64,000 nucleotides of DNA from an uncultured Gammaproteobacteria bacterium (GCA_963773065.1 CAVYZN010000028.1:32001-96000), one strand, 5' to 3'; positions 32,522 to 45,111 are shown, counted from the first letter of the stretch. The notes: generated by a model not told the origin, from the sequence alone. Numbers and translations: made by a program.

Positions 32522-32932
32522 TCAGGCGTGGCCTCCCGCCCGGCATTGTTTCAGGAACGCCTGCAGGTGTTCCACCTCGAAGTCTTCCTTGCTCCAGGGC
32601 GTGCGCGTGAGTTGATCGCGCATGGCGTCCCTGATCACATAGGTCCAGGCCTGCAGCGGGTTGCCCTCCCCATCGGTCACGCATACCCGCACCCGCTCGT
32701 AGAGATCGCCCTCGAAGCGGTCCAGCTTCTTGAAGTGGACATCCCCGATGCCGGCATACACGACACCCGCGACACTGGCTTCGTGCTCGGGGGTGATGCC
32801 GGGATAGACCTTCCCCTTGAGGGTGTAACAGGCATAATCCTCCAGCACGGTCTTGTCGCCCTCTAGGTGGCAGCCCGTCACCGCCAGCAGGACCTCGGGA
32901 AACTGCAGGGTACCGTAAGAGAAGAGACGCAT
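32522..32932 (-). CDS. Gamma-glutamylcyclotransferase (AIG2-like) family protein
   Basis: LFSYGTL and LDRFEG..YER motifs. Confidence 0.85.
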   Translation of the reverse strand: MRLFSYGTLQFPEVLLAVTGCHLEGDKTVLEDYACYTLKGKVYPGITPEHEASVAGVVYAGIGDVHFKKLDRFEGDLYERVRVCVTDGEGNPLQAWTYVIRDAMRDQLTRTPWSKEDFEVEHLQAFLKQCRAGGHA

Positions 32933-32989
32933 CGTGAGATCGTTTTTCAGGTCGACCGGAGCGGGGCAGCCGGGCTATAGGCCCTCCCA

Positions 32990-33775
32990 TTATCCGGATT
33001 GCCCCGTGCGGCTGTCCAGCCCCAGCACGGCGCGTGCATTCGCGCTGGTCTGGCGGGCCAGTTCTTCCCGGCTCTCGCCGCGGGACTCCGCCAGCGCCGC
33101 CAGGCAATAGGGCAGATACTCCGGACTGTTGCGCATCCCCCGATGCTGGGCGACGGTGAGATCCGGCGCATCCGTCTCCAGTACGATGGCTTCCGCCGGC
33201 AGCTCCCGCGCCAGCAGGCGCAAGCGGCGGGAACGCTCGTAGGTCAGCATGCCGCCGAACCCCAGCTTGAAACCGAGATCGATATACTGCTGCGCCTGCT
33301 GCAGGCTGCCGTTGTAGGCGTGTGCGATTCCGCCCGGCACGCGGATGCGTCTGAGCGTGGCGAGCATCGCGTCATGCGCCTTGCGCACATGCAGGATGAC
33401 CGGCAGGTCCGCCGCCCGCGCCATCTCGAGCTGGGCCTCGAACAGCGCCTGCTGGCGCCGCCGGTCAAGTCCTATGACGAAGTAGTCCAGCCCGATCTCA
33501 CCCACGGCCACGGGTCGGTGCTCGGCCAGGAACTTCTCCAGCGCCGCGAGGTCACCTTCCTGATGCCGGTCGAGGTAGACCGGATGCAGGCCCAGCGCGG
33601 GATAGAGATCCGGTTCGCCGGTGCAGAACCGCCACAGATGGTCCCAGCCCGGCGCGAGCACCCCAGGAACGACGATCGCCGCTACCCCGTTCGCGCGCGC
33701 GCGCGCCAGCACCGCCTGCCGGTCCGGGTCGAACTCCGCCACATCGAGGTGGCAATGGGTATCGATGATCTCCAC
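32990..33775 (-). CDS. TatD family hydrolase (YjjV-like)
   Basis: DTHCH, GLHP, GEIGLD and LETDAPD motifs. Confidence 0.93.
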   Translation of the reverse strand: MEIIDTHCHLDVAEFDPDRQAVLARARANGVAAIVVPGVLAPGWDHLWRFCTGEPDLYPALGLHPVYLDRHQEGDLAALEKFLAEHRPVAVGEIGLDYFVIGLDRRRQQALFEAQLEMARAADLPVILHVRKAHDAMLATLRRIRVPGGIAHAYNGSLQQAQQYIDLGFKLGFGGMLTYERSRRLRLLARELPAEAIVLETDAPDLTVAQHRGMRNSPEYLPYCLAALAESRGESREELARQTSANARAVLGLDSRTGQSG

Positions 33776-33862
33776 GGGCGGGATTGTATGACGATGACGC
33801 GCTCAAACCCAGCCGTTTTCTGGTATGTTCTGCGCCTGCGGCAATTCGGCTTTATCGATCGT

Positions 33863-34693
33863 ATGAAGGCAACGGAACGGGAACAGAGCGGCGCCGCGGC
33901 GGACCTGGAGCGCCGCTTCGGCGGCGTCCGCCGCCTCTACGGGGAGCGCGCCCTGGAAAGATTCCGCGAGTCGCATGTCTGCGTCATCGGCATCGGCGGT
34001 GTCGGTTCCTGGGCGGCCGAGGCGCTCGCCCGCACCACCATCGGCCGCCTCACGCTGGTCGACCTCGACCACGTCGCCGAGTCCAACATCAACCGCCAGT
34101 TGCACGCCCTGACCGGCACGCTCGGCATGGCCAAGGTGCAGGTCATGGCGACGCGCATCCGGCAGATCAACCCCGCCTGCCGCGTCACGGCCATCGAGGA
34201 CTTCATTACCCTCGAGAACTTCACGGCCCTGCTGCAGCCCGGCTATGACTATGTCATCGACTGCATCGACGGCTTTCGTATCAAGGCCGCGTTGATCGCC
34301 CATTGCCGGCGTCAGCGTATCCGCCTGGTCACGGTCGGCGGCGCGGGCGGACAGACCGACCCGACGCGGGTGCGCGTCGCCGACCTGAGCCGCACCGAGC
34401 ACGATGCCCTGTTTTCCAAGACCCGCAAGCTCCTGCGCCAGGATTATGGTTTCCCGAAAAACCTGAAACGCCGCTTCGCTGTCCCCTGCGTCTATTCCGA
34501 CGAACAGCCGCTGTTCCCCGCCGGGGACGGCGGCGTGTGCCATGTCAAACCGAACGGCGTCGACATCGGGCGCCTCAACTGTGCCGGCGGGCTGGGCTCG
34601 TCCATGGCCGTTACCGCCACCTTCGGCTTAGTGGCCGCGGCGCACGTGCTGAAAAAACTGGCTTCCGTGCAAGACGCTGTGGTTGACCCGTAA
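33863..34693 (+). CDS. tcdA: tRNA threonylcarbamoyladenosine dehydratase
   Basis: RRFGG..RLYG, GIGGVGSW, SNINRQ, DCID, GGAGG and CVYS motifs. Confidence 0.93.
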   Translation: MKATEREQSGAAADLERRFGGVRRLYGERALERFRESHVCVIGIGGVGSWAAEALARTTIGRLTLVDLDHVAESNINRQLHALTGTLGMAKVQVMATRIRQINPACRVTAIEDFITLENFTALLQPGYDYVIDCIDGFRIKAALIAHCRRQRIRLVTVGGAGGQTDPTRVRVADLSRTEHDALFSKTRKLLRQDYGFPKNLKRRFAVPCVYSDEQPLFPAGDGGVCHVKPNGVDIGRLNCAGGLGSSMAVTATFGLVAAAHVLKKLASVQDAVVDP

Positions 34694-34781
34694 CGATGGC
34701 CAGACGACACGAGGTCCTTATAAAATGCAGATCGAGCGCTAGCGGACATCCCAGGCAGGCGCGTAACGGGAAGAAATCGAG

Positions 34782-35375
34782 GTGAAGCGATCCGGTTATC
34801 GCCGCTCGCGACCGCCGATTACCGTGGAGTTCAACATCACCAGACGCCATTTCATCGCCGCCCTGCTCTGCGCCAGCTTGCCGATCACAGTCAGGGCAGG
34901 CGCTGGCCAGCCGGTTGCGTCCACACAGTGGTTAACCGCGACCATGAATTCGCTCGCGCCCCGGATCGAGGCGCTGGCGGCGCGCACCATGCCAGCCAAC
35001 TGGCAACTGCTGCATGCCTGCCTCTACTATGCCCTCGCCGGCCAATATATACTGGCCCACCGGGGCCTCGTCACCCGCCTGGAAGGCGGGGCCGTCGTCT
35101 ATGATCCGTTCTCCCCTGCCAGTCATGACATCAGACCCCATGTATGGCTGGAGACCGACACGCATTTCATCGACGGCTCAACTCTGCCGCGCTGGGGGTA
35201 TATAACGGTCATTCCACGGCAACGGGTCGCCCACCGCCCCGGCGAGGTCATCCCCGGCTTTACCTGGGTATTGATACTGGAGCAGCGCAGTGACCCAGAA
35301 TTCCTGAACTACATCGCCACCCACCGCGCCCGCTTCGAACGCGCTCTGCAAGGAGTGGAATCACGCCATGAGTGA
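34782..35375 (+). CDS. Hypothetical protein; possible Tat signal and transglutaminase-like Cys-His-Asp triad
   Basis: TRRHFIAALL...VRA signal-like segment; ACLYYA, HVWLE and FID. Confidence 0.55.
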   Translation: MKRSGYRRSRPPITVEFNITRRHFIAALLCASLPITVRAGAGQPVASTQWLTATMNSLAPRIEALAARTMPANWQLLHACLYYALAGQYILAHRGLVTRLEGGAVVYDPFSPASHDIRPHVWLETDTHFIDGSTLPRWGYITVIPRQRVAHRPGEVIPGFTWVLILEQRSDPEFLNYIATHRARFERALQGVESRHE

Positions 35376-35712
35376 CTGGAGCGAGAGAGCCAGGGACGCC
35401 ATGAAACGGCGCGGCATGACTCACCTGCATCTCGCCAGGGAACTGGGTGTCCACCAGGCTACCGTCGGCCGGTGGCTGAGCGGTCGCAGCACCCCCGGCG
35501 CCGGGACCATCCGCCACATCGGCAGCGTGCTGGGGATCAGACTGACGGAGCCCGGCAGCGCCGACGCCGGTGATATCCAGGAGCGCGAGCTGCTGGCCGC
35601 CTTTCACCGCATGACGGCGGCGGAACGCGCACTGCTGCTGCAATATCTCAGGGACAAGGAGGACCGCCCCGACAATAGTCAGGGGATATCTCGACTGCTG
35701 AAATGTGAATAG
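35368..35712 (+). CDS. XRE-family helix-turn-helix regulator
   Basis: LARELGVHQATVGRWLSGRSTP HTH and C-terminal ERELLAAFHRM. Confidence 0.8.
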   Translation: MSDWSERARDAMKRRGMTHLHLARELGVHQATVGRWLSGRSTPGAGTIRHIGSVLGIRLTEPGSADAGDIQERELLAAFHRMTAAERALLLQYLRDKEDRPDNSQGISRLLKCE

Positions 35713-35718
35713 ACACGC

Positions 35719-36157
35719 ATGATCAAAATCAGCCTGTTACTGATCATCCTGGCGGTAATCGCCGGCATCGGGTGGCTGCTTCGCGTCCGGCACCACAGGC
35801 CGCGCACTCGTACTTCGAGACCCGAAGCCGTCATCAACACTTCGTCCCGGCAATTGGAAGCACTACGGGCGAACAAGAACTATTGGGGCGTGGAAATTCA
35901 ATCATGCATATGCACGGTGGCGAAGACACTGGCCGGCAAACCGTTTCCTTTTAATGAAGCCCCGACCCTGCCACTCGGTGATTGTCCCGCAAACTGCTGC
36001 ACCTGCAGTCTACGTGGGACTGAGGGAACGCCGCGTGAGGCATCAGCGCGTATCGCCGGACCGTAGACATCTGATCCGCTATCTGCATCATAATTCGGAC
36101 CGGCGCTGCCACAAGGAACGCCGTAAGATCGACGTGTGGCGCACCCGGAGATGGTAG
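35719..36157 (+). CDS. Membrane-anchored Cys-rich hypothetical protein (frameshift near 36005)
   Basis: N-terminal TM, APTLPL..C...CCTC, continuing in frame 35954-36157 with ERR/DRR repeats. Confidence 0.6.
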
Positions 36158-36285
36158 CCTCAATACCCGGCAGCAATCGTCACCTCCTGGCAAACCGGAT
36201 GCAGCCCGCCCATGCCCGCAAGGCGGCGAATACGCTTGGATGGCTACGGATCCTGGAGAGAGTGGAAGATCTTGAGACGCTGGAT

Positions 36286-36315
36286 AAAAAAATCCCCGGC
36301 CTCTCGGCTGGGGAT
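36286..36315 (-). terminator. Rho-independent terminator
   Basis: Minus strand ATCCCCAGCC-GAGA-GGCCGGGGAT followed by a T run. Confidence 0.75.
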
Positions 36316-36502
36316 GAATTTACGGAGACGAATACGGGGTATTCGTTGCAACCTTTTTACCACCTGGTTACCCACGGCTGACTCACGGATTCGATAATTG
36401 ACAACAGCCCGGTTGGAGGCTGGATACCTACCTGCTCTCCCTTTACCCATCCCGCTTTCTGCCTGGTTGGGTTGGCTAGGTAAAAATACCGTCGGTATGG
36501 CA

Positions 36503-37045
36503 TCAGGGATTGAAGCCGTCCGGCGAGGCCAGCCATTCGATTTCATCGGGCGTGCTCTCGCGACCAAGAATGGCATTGCGATGCGGGAAGCGGCCAAAGC
36601 GCCGCACGATGCCGCGATGGTGTTCGGCCCACCTGAGGTTCTCCGTGAGACCCGCCCGCTCGAACAGCTCGACCGAACGATCCTGGTCGACCAGCGCTTC
36701 GCTGTGCATGTAGGGCAGGTAGAGAAAAGCCTTTTGAATATCTGGCAAGGACTGATCGAGCCCACGCTCAATGGCGCGGCCCGCGACCTCGCGCGACTGC
36801 GCCTCGGTGCTGAAACTCTCTGGCTTTCCACGGAACATGTTAAGCGGCATCTGATCGAGCAGCACCACGAGCGCCAGCGCCCCCTCGGGCGTCTGCTCCC
36901 AGGCGGAGAGCCGGCCGTCACGCGCCTCTTCCCATGCCGGCTCGAATCGCGACTTGAGCTGCCGGTCATAGTCGGGCGTTGAGTTGAACCAGCGCTCCCG
37001 GGACGCCGCGGAGAACCAGAACGCGATGATCTCCTGCGGGCTCAT
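36503..37045 (-). CDS. DUF924 family protein
   Basis: FWF, LDQMPLNMFRG, YLPYMHSE and FGRFPHRNAILGRESTPDE motifs. Confidence 0.92.
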   Translation of the reverse strand: MSPQEIIAFWFSAASRERWFNSTPDYDRQLKSRFEPAWEEARDGRLSAWEQTPEGALALVVLLDQMPLNMFRGKPESFSTEAQSREVAGRAIERGLDQSLPDIQKAFLYLPYMHSEALVDQDRSVELFERAGLTENLRWAEHHRGIVRRFGRFPHRNAILGRESTPDEIEWLASPDGFNP

Positions 37046-37228
37046 CGAGTCATCGGCGGTGTGACATCCTATCGCCGGCGACCCTATCCGGAACCGGCCG
37101 GCGAAGAAAATAACGCCGCGGAGAATTTATCTCGTGACGGATAGCTAGATTCAGGATCCGTCCCGGGCGGCGCGGTGTTTTGTTTCCGGCCGGTACCGGG
37201 ACAGCAAACCACATGGTGAAACCGCCGC

Positions 37229-37594
37229 TTACATCACGCTGCCGAAGCTGGAATTTTCACTGCCGGCGGGCGCTTCGAGGCCGGCGATCCGGCAACCCTG
37301 GGCGACCGGCCCGCGGGGAAACAGGGTGTAAAGATACTTAATGCCGCCCTTGGCGTGAAACTTCTCATCCAGCGCATCATGCAATTCGCGCGCATTGATG
37401 CCGGCATCCGCATTTCTGGCATAGTAATCCTGCAAGGCGCGCACCGCCGTCCAGTGATCGGTGCTGGTTTTCAATCCTTCTTTGGACGCGGTTTGCGCCG
37501 CGACATCGCGGGACCAGCCCGGGGGCGCATTGGGGAAATTGGGATCCGCGGCGTCGTTTTCCCTGGGGTGTAAAATGTCGTTCATCGTGTCCAT
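37229..37594 (-). CDS. TusE/DsrC-family protein lacking the C-terminal Cys (RspA-like)
   Basis: DHW, KYLYTLFPRGP and QGCRIAGL; tail GSENSSFGSVM has no Cys. Confidence 0.85.
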   Translation of the reverse strand: MDTMNDILHPRENDAADPNFPNAPPGWSRDVAAQTASKEGLKTSTDHWTAVRALQDYYARNADAGINARELHDALDEKFHAKGGIKYLYTLFPRGPVAQGCRIAGLEAPAGSENSSFGSVM

Positions 37595-37733
37595 CACTTT
37601 ATTCTCCTTCAATCGCTGATTGATCATCGCCTGAGCCGTCTTTCCCTAGACTTTAGTCGGGTCGGTTGACTTCATCAAGCCCCATTCCCGCGGCGGTCGC
37701 AAGTCCTGGATCGGCCGATTTACTCGACCAACC

Positions 37734-37955
37734 TCACCGATATTGTCTCACAACCGACCCGCCTATGCTGATCGAGCAAGCCGCGCCATGCCGCCAGGCA
37801 AACACGATAACAGCAGGAAACCGGGCGTGCGCACGCTGAAGAGAAGTTCTTCCCACTGTCCGACCCACGAGCACCTCGGCCCTGAGGTCGGCGATACTGT
37901 TGTCCGGGTCTTCATAGCGGCATGACAGCCGCAGTTGGAAGACATGTTCCTTCAT
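37734..37955 (-). pseudogene. Truncated or frameshifted hypothetical gene fragment
   Basis: Good RBS and start MKEHVFQLRLSCRYEDPDN, continues in another frame (WEELLFSVRTPGFLL) and then stops early. Confidence 0.4.
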
Positions 37956-38024
37956 TATTCCACCCCTTTCGTTATCAATCTACCGCAGGCAGCCTCGGAG
38001 GGGCGACACGCTGCCGCCGCCTCG

Positions 38025-38201
38025 TCAGCTCAGCGCCGTAAGGCGTCTCTCAAGCAGCGACATCATGTGCGAACAGGCATCCTGCTGATCTCCCTCGAGC
38101 GCTTCGAACAGGCACTCCAGTTCATCCATGATGTCCATGATTTCCTCACGACACTGGTAGCTGTCCAGCCTGTGTGCAACTTCTACAATAAATGGGTCCA
38201 T
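38025..38201 (-). CDS. Small acidic helical hypothetical protein (58 aa)
   Basis: MDPFIVEVAHRLD...DELECLFEAL; protein-like composition and a G-rich RBS. Confidence 0.6.
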   Translation of the reverse strand: MDPFIVEVAHRLDSYQCREEIMDIMDELECLFEALEGDQQDACSHMMSLLERRLTALS

Positions 38202-38614
38202 GACATGCCCCCGGATTGGTAAGTGCACGGAAGACCGTGCCCTGTTGAATGAAATCCGGCATGCCTGGCGCCGTTGGAAAAGCCGCATGCCTTGCAGAGT
38301 AATATAACCCTTTCCGGCGACCCCGCGTAAAATGCCTGGTCCTGGGCGTGCGCAGGCACGCCATAACGCTCGTCAGCGCGAGCCTCACCGGCACGACCTC
38401 ACGCGCATAATGTGATACAGAACCCATTGCCGGTTTTTATGCATACCATCAATCAAAAAAACTTTAGCATTTCCCATGACACTCGGTTAAACTCACGTTG
38501 ATTGCACATTATTCAGGTTTTTTCGGAAGTTCCTTGTAGTATCTGCTGTAAATTACCTTTTAATGATATGCAATTGGACACATGTTATTTTGATTTTCAC
38601 GAGGTGATTTACAT

Positions 38615-38818
38615 ATGGCGACAGGTACCGTTAAATGGTTTAACGAATCCAAGGGCTTCGGTTTTATTGCTCCTTCCGACGGCGGCGAAGATGTCTTCGT
38701 GCATTTTTCCGCCATCGAAGGCGATGGCTTCAAGACCCTGGTCGAAGGTCAAGCGGTGAAGTTCGAAGTTCAGAAGGGACCGAAGGGATTGCAGGCGGCG
38801 CACGTTACACCCGCCTAG
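38615..38818 (+). CDS. Cold-shock protein (CspA family)
   Basis: GTVKWFN, KGFGFI (RNP1) and DVFVHFSAI (RNP2); AT-rich long leader. Confidence 0.97.
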   Translation: MATGTVKWFNESKGFGFIAPSDGGEDVFVHFSAIEGDGFKTLVEGQAVKFEVQKGPKGLQAAHVTPA

Positions 38819-38848
38819 CCAACCGTTGTTTAAGCTAGCGTAGTACCG

Positions 38849-38880
38849 GAACCCCGCAGCCTGCTGCGGGGTTCTTTTTT
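38849..38880 (+). terminator. Rho-independent terminator of csp
   Basis: GAACCCCGCAG-CCTG-CTGCGGGGTTC followed by TTTTTT. Confidence 0.9.
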
Positions 38881-38944
38881 GCCTACAGGGATGTAGGTAC
38901 GTCGCGGAAGGCAGGGATGCCGGGAGCGACGCGATGCCGCCGAA

Positions 38945-39259
38945 TCAGGAATTACTGAACATTGCGTGAAGAGCGGCGCTTGCGGCACCGGCTGCACCGC
39001 CCGCAAGTTCATTCAGCGGCGAGGTTAGCAGATTGACCTTGTCGCGGCGGCGCAGCTTCTTGATGGCCGCCTCCCGCTTGCCCGCGCTGCCGCGGGTATG
39101 CCCGCTTTCGAGGTAAACCACTTGCGCCGGGCGGCGCCCGCGGAAATACCTCGCGCCCCGGCGGCCGGCATGCTGCGAATAACGCCGGGCAAGGTCATTG
39201 GTGATCCCCGTGTAGAGCGTGGCATCGGAACAGAGAATGATGTAAACCTGCCAGTTCAT
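38945..39259 (-). CDS. GIY-YIG nuclease family protein (UPF0213)
   Basis: WQVYII.C.D.TLYTGITND..RR..QH and KREAAIKKL motifs. Confidence 0.9.
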   Translation of the reverse strand: MNWQVYIILCSDATLYTGITNDLARRYSQHAGRRGARYFRGRRPAQVVYLESGHTRGSAGKREAAIKKLRRRDKVNLLTSPLNELAGGAAGAASAALHAMFSNS

Positions 39260-39436
39260 CGCGCCTATGCTATCCCACCCGGGCGGGCGGGACTAACGTC
39301 TCCCCGTGATGGACAGCGGCTGTGCTAGTATGCTCCTCCCTTTGAAACCAGTCCTTCCCTTGCTTCGTATTGTTAGCCCTTCAGGTTCCCAATTTGCGGC
39401 ATGGGTCGCGGGATTCCGTCATTACAGGAGCCAACG

Positions 39437-39922
39437 ATGCAGATCGAAAAACACCGGGTCGTCACCCTCGCCTACACTCTGAAGGACAATGACGACAGAA
39501 TCATCGACCAGTCCGATGACGGCAGCTTCTGCTATCTGCACGGCGCCAACAATATCATCCCCGGGCTGGAAAATGCCCTGACCGGCAAGGTGGCGGGCGA
39601 TGAACTGTCGGTGTCGGTGCCACCCGAAGAGGGCTACGGGGTGCATGATGCCGGCAAGACCCAGGCGGTGCCGCGCGACATGTTCCCGGCCGATGAGGAG
39701 ATCGAGGCCGGCATGCAGTTTCACGCCCAGGGACCCGAAGGACATGCGCTGGTGGTGACCGTCATCAAGGTGGAGGACGACCGGATCACCGTGGACGGCA
39801 ACCACCCGCTCGCCGGCGTGCAACTCAATTTCGACGTGCAGGTGATGGAGGTACGCGCGGCGACCGGGGAGGAGATCGCGCACGGTCATGTGCACGGCCC
39901 GGGCGGACACCATCACCACTGA
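39437..39922 (+). CDS. slyD: FKBP-type peptidyl-prolyl isomerase SlyD
   Basis: YLHG..NIIPGLE, DGNHPLAG and a His-rich tail. Confidence 0.93.
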   Translation: MQIEKHRVVTLAYTLKDNDDRIIDQSDDGSFCYLHGANNIIPGLENALTGKVAGDELSVSVPPEEGYGVHDAGKTQAVPRDMFPADEEIEAGMQFHAQGPEGHALVVTVIKVEDDRITVDGNHPLAGVQLNFDVQVMEVRAATGEEIAHGHVHGPGGHHHH

Positions 39923-39958
39923 ACGACGGCAGGACTGGCATCACTTCGGTTACGAATC

Positions 39959-40522
39959 ATGAAGGCAAGCGAACTCAAGAAAGGCGTGGTACTCCTGGTA
40001 AACGGCCGGAATGTCATCATCAAAGGCGTGGAGGTCCAGTCTCCCTCATCCCGCAGCGGCAGCACCCTCTACAAGGTCCGCGGCCATGACGTGGTGAGCA
40101 GGCAGAAATTCGAGGCCAGCCTAAAGGGCGAGGAGGTGCTGCAGACCGTGGACTTCGAGCGCCGTCCGGTGCAGTTCCTCTACCAGGACACGGACACCTG
40201 CACATTCATGGACAATGAAACCTACGAACAGTACAGCCTGGACAAAGCCACGATCGAGGAGGAACGCCGCTACCTCGACGACGGCCTGGAAGGCATCACG
40301 GCCCTGGTGGCCGACGGTGCGGTGCTGGGCATCGAACTGCCCGCGACGGTCGCGCTCGAGGTCGTGGATACCGCCCCGGCCATGAAGGCGGCCTCCTCCT
40401 CCGCCCGCACCAAGCCCGCCACGCTCAAGACCGGTCTGGTGGTGCAGGTCCCCGAATACCTCACGCCCGGCGAACGCATCAAGATCAACACCGTCACCGG
40501 GGAGTTCATCTCGCGCGCCTGA
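39959..40522 (+). CDS. yeiP: Elongation factor P-like protein (EfpL/YeiP)
   Basis: KASELKKG, loop SPSSRSG with Arg at the tip, SARTKPATLKTG and VQVPEY. Confidence 0.88.
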   Translation: MKASELKKGVVLLVNGRNVIIKGVEVQSPSSRSGSTLYKVRGHDVVSRQKFEASLKGEEVLQTVDFERRPVQFLYQDTDTCTFMDNETYEQYSLDKATIEEERRYLDDGLEGITALVADGAVLGIELPATVALEVVDTAPAMKAASSSARTKPATLKTGLVVQVPEYLTPGERIKINTVTGEFISRA

Positions 40523-40630
40523 GCAGATACCTGATGGCGTCATTCCCGCGCCGGCGAAAATACCGGGATCAATGGAGCTTCACCGGGGTGTCTGGAGACT
40601 CTTCACACGTCGCGACACACTGTGCCGGCA

Positions 40631-40885
40631 TTATCCCGATTCAGTCTCCGGCCAATCATTATCAATTGACAGGCCGGCGGCCTTGATGGCGCGGACATGA
40701 TAAAGCAGGTATTGATGCTTGATGACGATACCCCGCGAGAAGCTCAGGATATCCTGCATGATGACATTCATATCCAGCCAGTCTTCCGCCTGAGTCGATC
40801 GCGGCGTGAGGATAGATACAGCGCCGCGGTAGCTGAGGGTAAAGTCACAACCGGTCGGATGATGACGGGATGCTGGTAAATACAT
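40631..40885 (-). CDS. Small hypothetical protein
   Basis: ORF with GGAGGAG RBS and lower GC; no recognised domain. Confidence 0.45.
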   Translation of the reverse strand: MYLPASRHHPTGCDFTLSYRGAVSILTPRSTQAEDWLDMNVIMQDILSFSRGIVIKHQYLLYHVRAIKAAGLSIDNDWPETESG

Positions 40886-41160
40886 GATGCTCCTCCCACT
40901 GCCACATTTTGTCTGTTTATCTTTCAATAAATCACGCCGGAAGATTATTTTTCCCAGGACGCAACCTTCAAAATAGAACACGGTACGCTACGCCGCTATA
41001 AGTATCGCTACTTATTTACAGGTATAGGTAATCTATGCCTTATACCACCGCAAGAGAGGGGCCACGCCAGCCCCGGGTTACCTGCTGTTACGGGTATCAA
41101 GCCATTGAAATGGCGTTTCACACCGCGGCAGGGACGAAGTCGGGGTTGCGGCCCTTCAAT

Positions 41161-43072
<1,912 letters not shown>

Positions 43073-43084
43073 GGGCGGAGAGGT

Positions 43085-45111
43085 AGTGACACGGTCGTCG
43101 GCGGCGACGACCCGGAACATCCGGACCCCTGCATGCGTCCCGGGCTGATCTTCCGGGAGGGGTACATCGATGGGGATGGGGACGGGCAGAACGACTGCTC
43201 TTCACCCCCGCCGCACGCCTACCAGCATCCGGGCGGCATGCAGAGGGTAGGCACGATCATGGCCATGGCGATGGATACCCCGCGCAACCTGCTCGCCGAG
43301 TGCTACGCGTCCTGTGTGTCCTCCGACCCGGATGAGGAAGCCATCTGCAGGCTCACCTGCGAAAACACCGTCCACTACGAAATGGCCTCCTCCCCTTCGC
43401 GCATCATGTTCTTCGATGTCATCAACCCGGAGAATCCCGAGTTCAAGAGCCAATTCGTGCCGGTCCATTCGGACGGCAAGCCGCTCCATGACGCCGATGG
43501 TCTCGCCGTCACGCGGTTGCCGAATGGCCTTTACCTCATGGCGGTCGGCTCAGGCTTCCACGGCGACGAGCCGATCTATTTCGATCGGTCCTCGTCCAAT
43601 GAGCTGGGGAGCAAGGACCTGACCTGGGAGCTCGTCGGCACGGTTCACGACATCAACGACCATGACGAGGACGCGCACCAGTCGCTGCACTTCCTCCGGG
43701 AAGGGAACATCGAGGGGCCGCTCTACCTGGCCGGCTCACGTGGTCACCCGGTGTTCGGTGCGATCACGACAAGCTCGATCTCTTTCAGGTTGACTGCGAG
43801 TTTGAGAACTGCCCGCCCGTGGGCTCGATCACCCTCACCGTCCGTTATCGCGGGCAGGCGATGGCCAGCTTCCCGAGCACCGGAGGCGACCGCATCGCCA
43901 ATCTGGCGGCCGCGACCGGTTTCTACGAGAGCCCGAGCGACGAGTTGATCTTTTACGCCACCGAACACGACAACGACGGCCCGGACGAGACCGTCAAGAT
44001 GGGCGAGTGGCGGCACAAGGACATCGTCCGGGACGGGAGCCCGACCTTGTTGCCGACGGTCGCCGTGCACGGTCCGTACGACGTCGACGAGGGGAGCAGC
44101 GTCGCCCTGGACGGGTCGGCAGGCTCTCCGACCACCCGGGCCTTCATCCAGCTATTCAATGGCGTGGACTATGGCGGTTTCTACCCCGTGGTCGACTTCG
44201 ACGACTATGACCGCGACGATTTCGACGACTTCTCGGTGCTCGAGCCGTACCGTGGCGTGATCAACTTCGACTACAACGACCAGGCGGAGTCGTGGAAGTG
44301 GTACGCCCCGGTGGGTTGTTCGATCCAGGCCATCAATCATTTGTCCGAATCGGCGGACGAGATTCGGACCCTGGTCGGCACGGGTCTGGTGGAACGCGCT
44401 CCGGATCTCACGGACGTCTATAACGATGACGGGACTGCCAACATGAATCTCAAGACCGACACGGTCCGGTTCCTGGGCTGCGATACGTATTACGCGACAC
44501 CGGTGGCGCTGCAGTGGGACCTCGACGCGAACGGCAGTTACGAGACGACGGGAACGGCGGTCACGTTCGACGCGGGTGCCCTGGACGGTCCGAGCTCTGT
44601 CCAGGTGCCGGCCCAGGCCCAGCACCCGTCCGGAGGCTCCGTCGGGCTCGCATCCGCGACCATCAACGTCAGGAATGTCGCGCCGGCTCTGTCCCAGTTC
44701 GACCTCGTCGACGGCGGGGGAAACCAGGTGAACACGGCCATCCCCTTCGTCCTTGTCGGGATGCCGGCCACGGCACATGCCCTTTTCGGCGATCCCGGCT
44801 TGCCGGACCACCAGACCGCGACCTTGAACTGGGGGGACGGTCAGGTCGATTCGCAATCTTCGTTCGCGCTGTTCGACGAGGCCTTCGGCGACGGAACCGG
44901 CGAGCTGAGCCAGACTCACCGATACACCCTTCCCGGGACGTTCGCGATAGCGCTCGCCGTGCAGGACGATGACGGCGGCGAGAGCAACCAGGCCGCTAAC
45001 ATCCGGGTCGTGACCCCCAAGCAGGCGGTCGAAGAAGTTCTGGCCTCGCTCGACGATCTGATCGCCCAGACAACCGATCCCGCGGTTCGCGCCATCCTTG
45101 AACACCGCTGA
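43085..45111 (+). pseudogene. Fragment of a large extracellular PKD/Ig-like-domain protein; no start, frameshift near 43760-43820, truncated 3' end
   Basis: GPYDVDEGSSVALDG, WDLDANGSYET, NVAP, LNWGDG, HRYTLPG and VQDDDGG PKD-like motifs. Confidence 0.6.

Noticed and set aside
38464-38493. sigma70 promoter for csp (TTAGCA-18 bp-TAAACT)
   Set aside because: Plausible but too degenerate to call without TSS data
38945-39259. GIY-YIG protein as a homing endonuclease or mobile element
   Set aside because: It is the short stand-alone UPF0213 type common in chromosomes, with no intron or element ends
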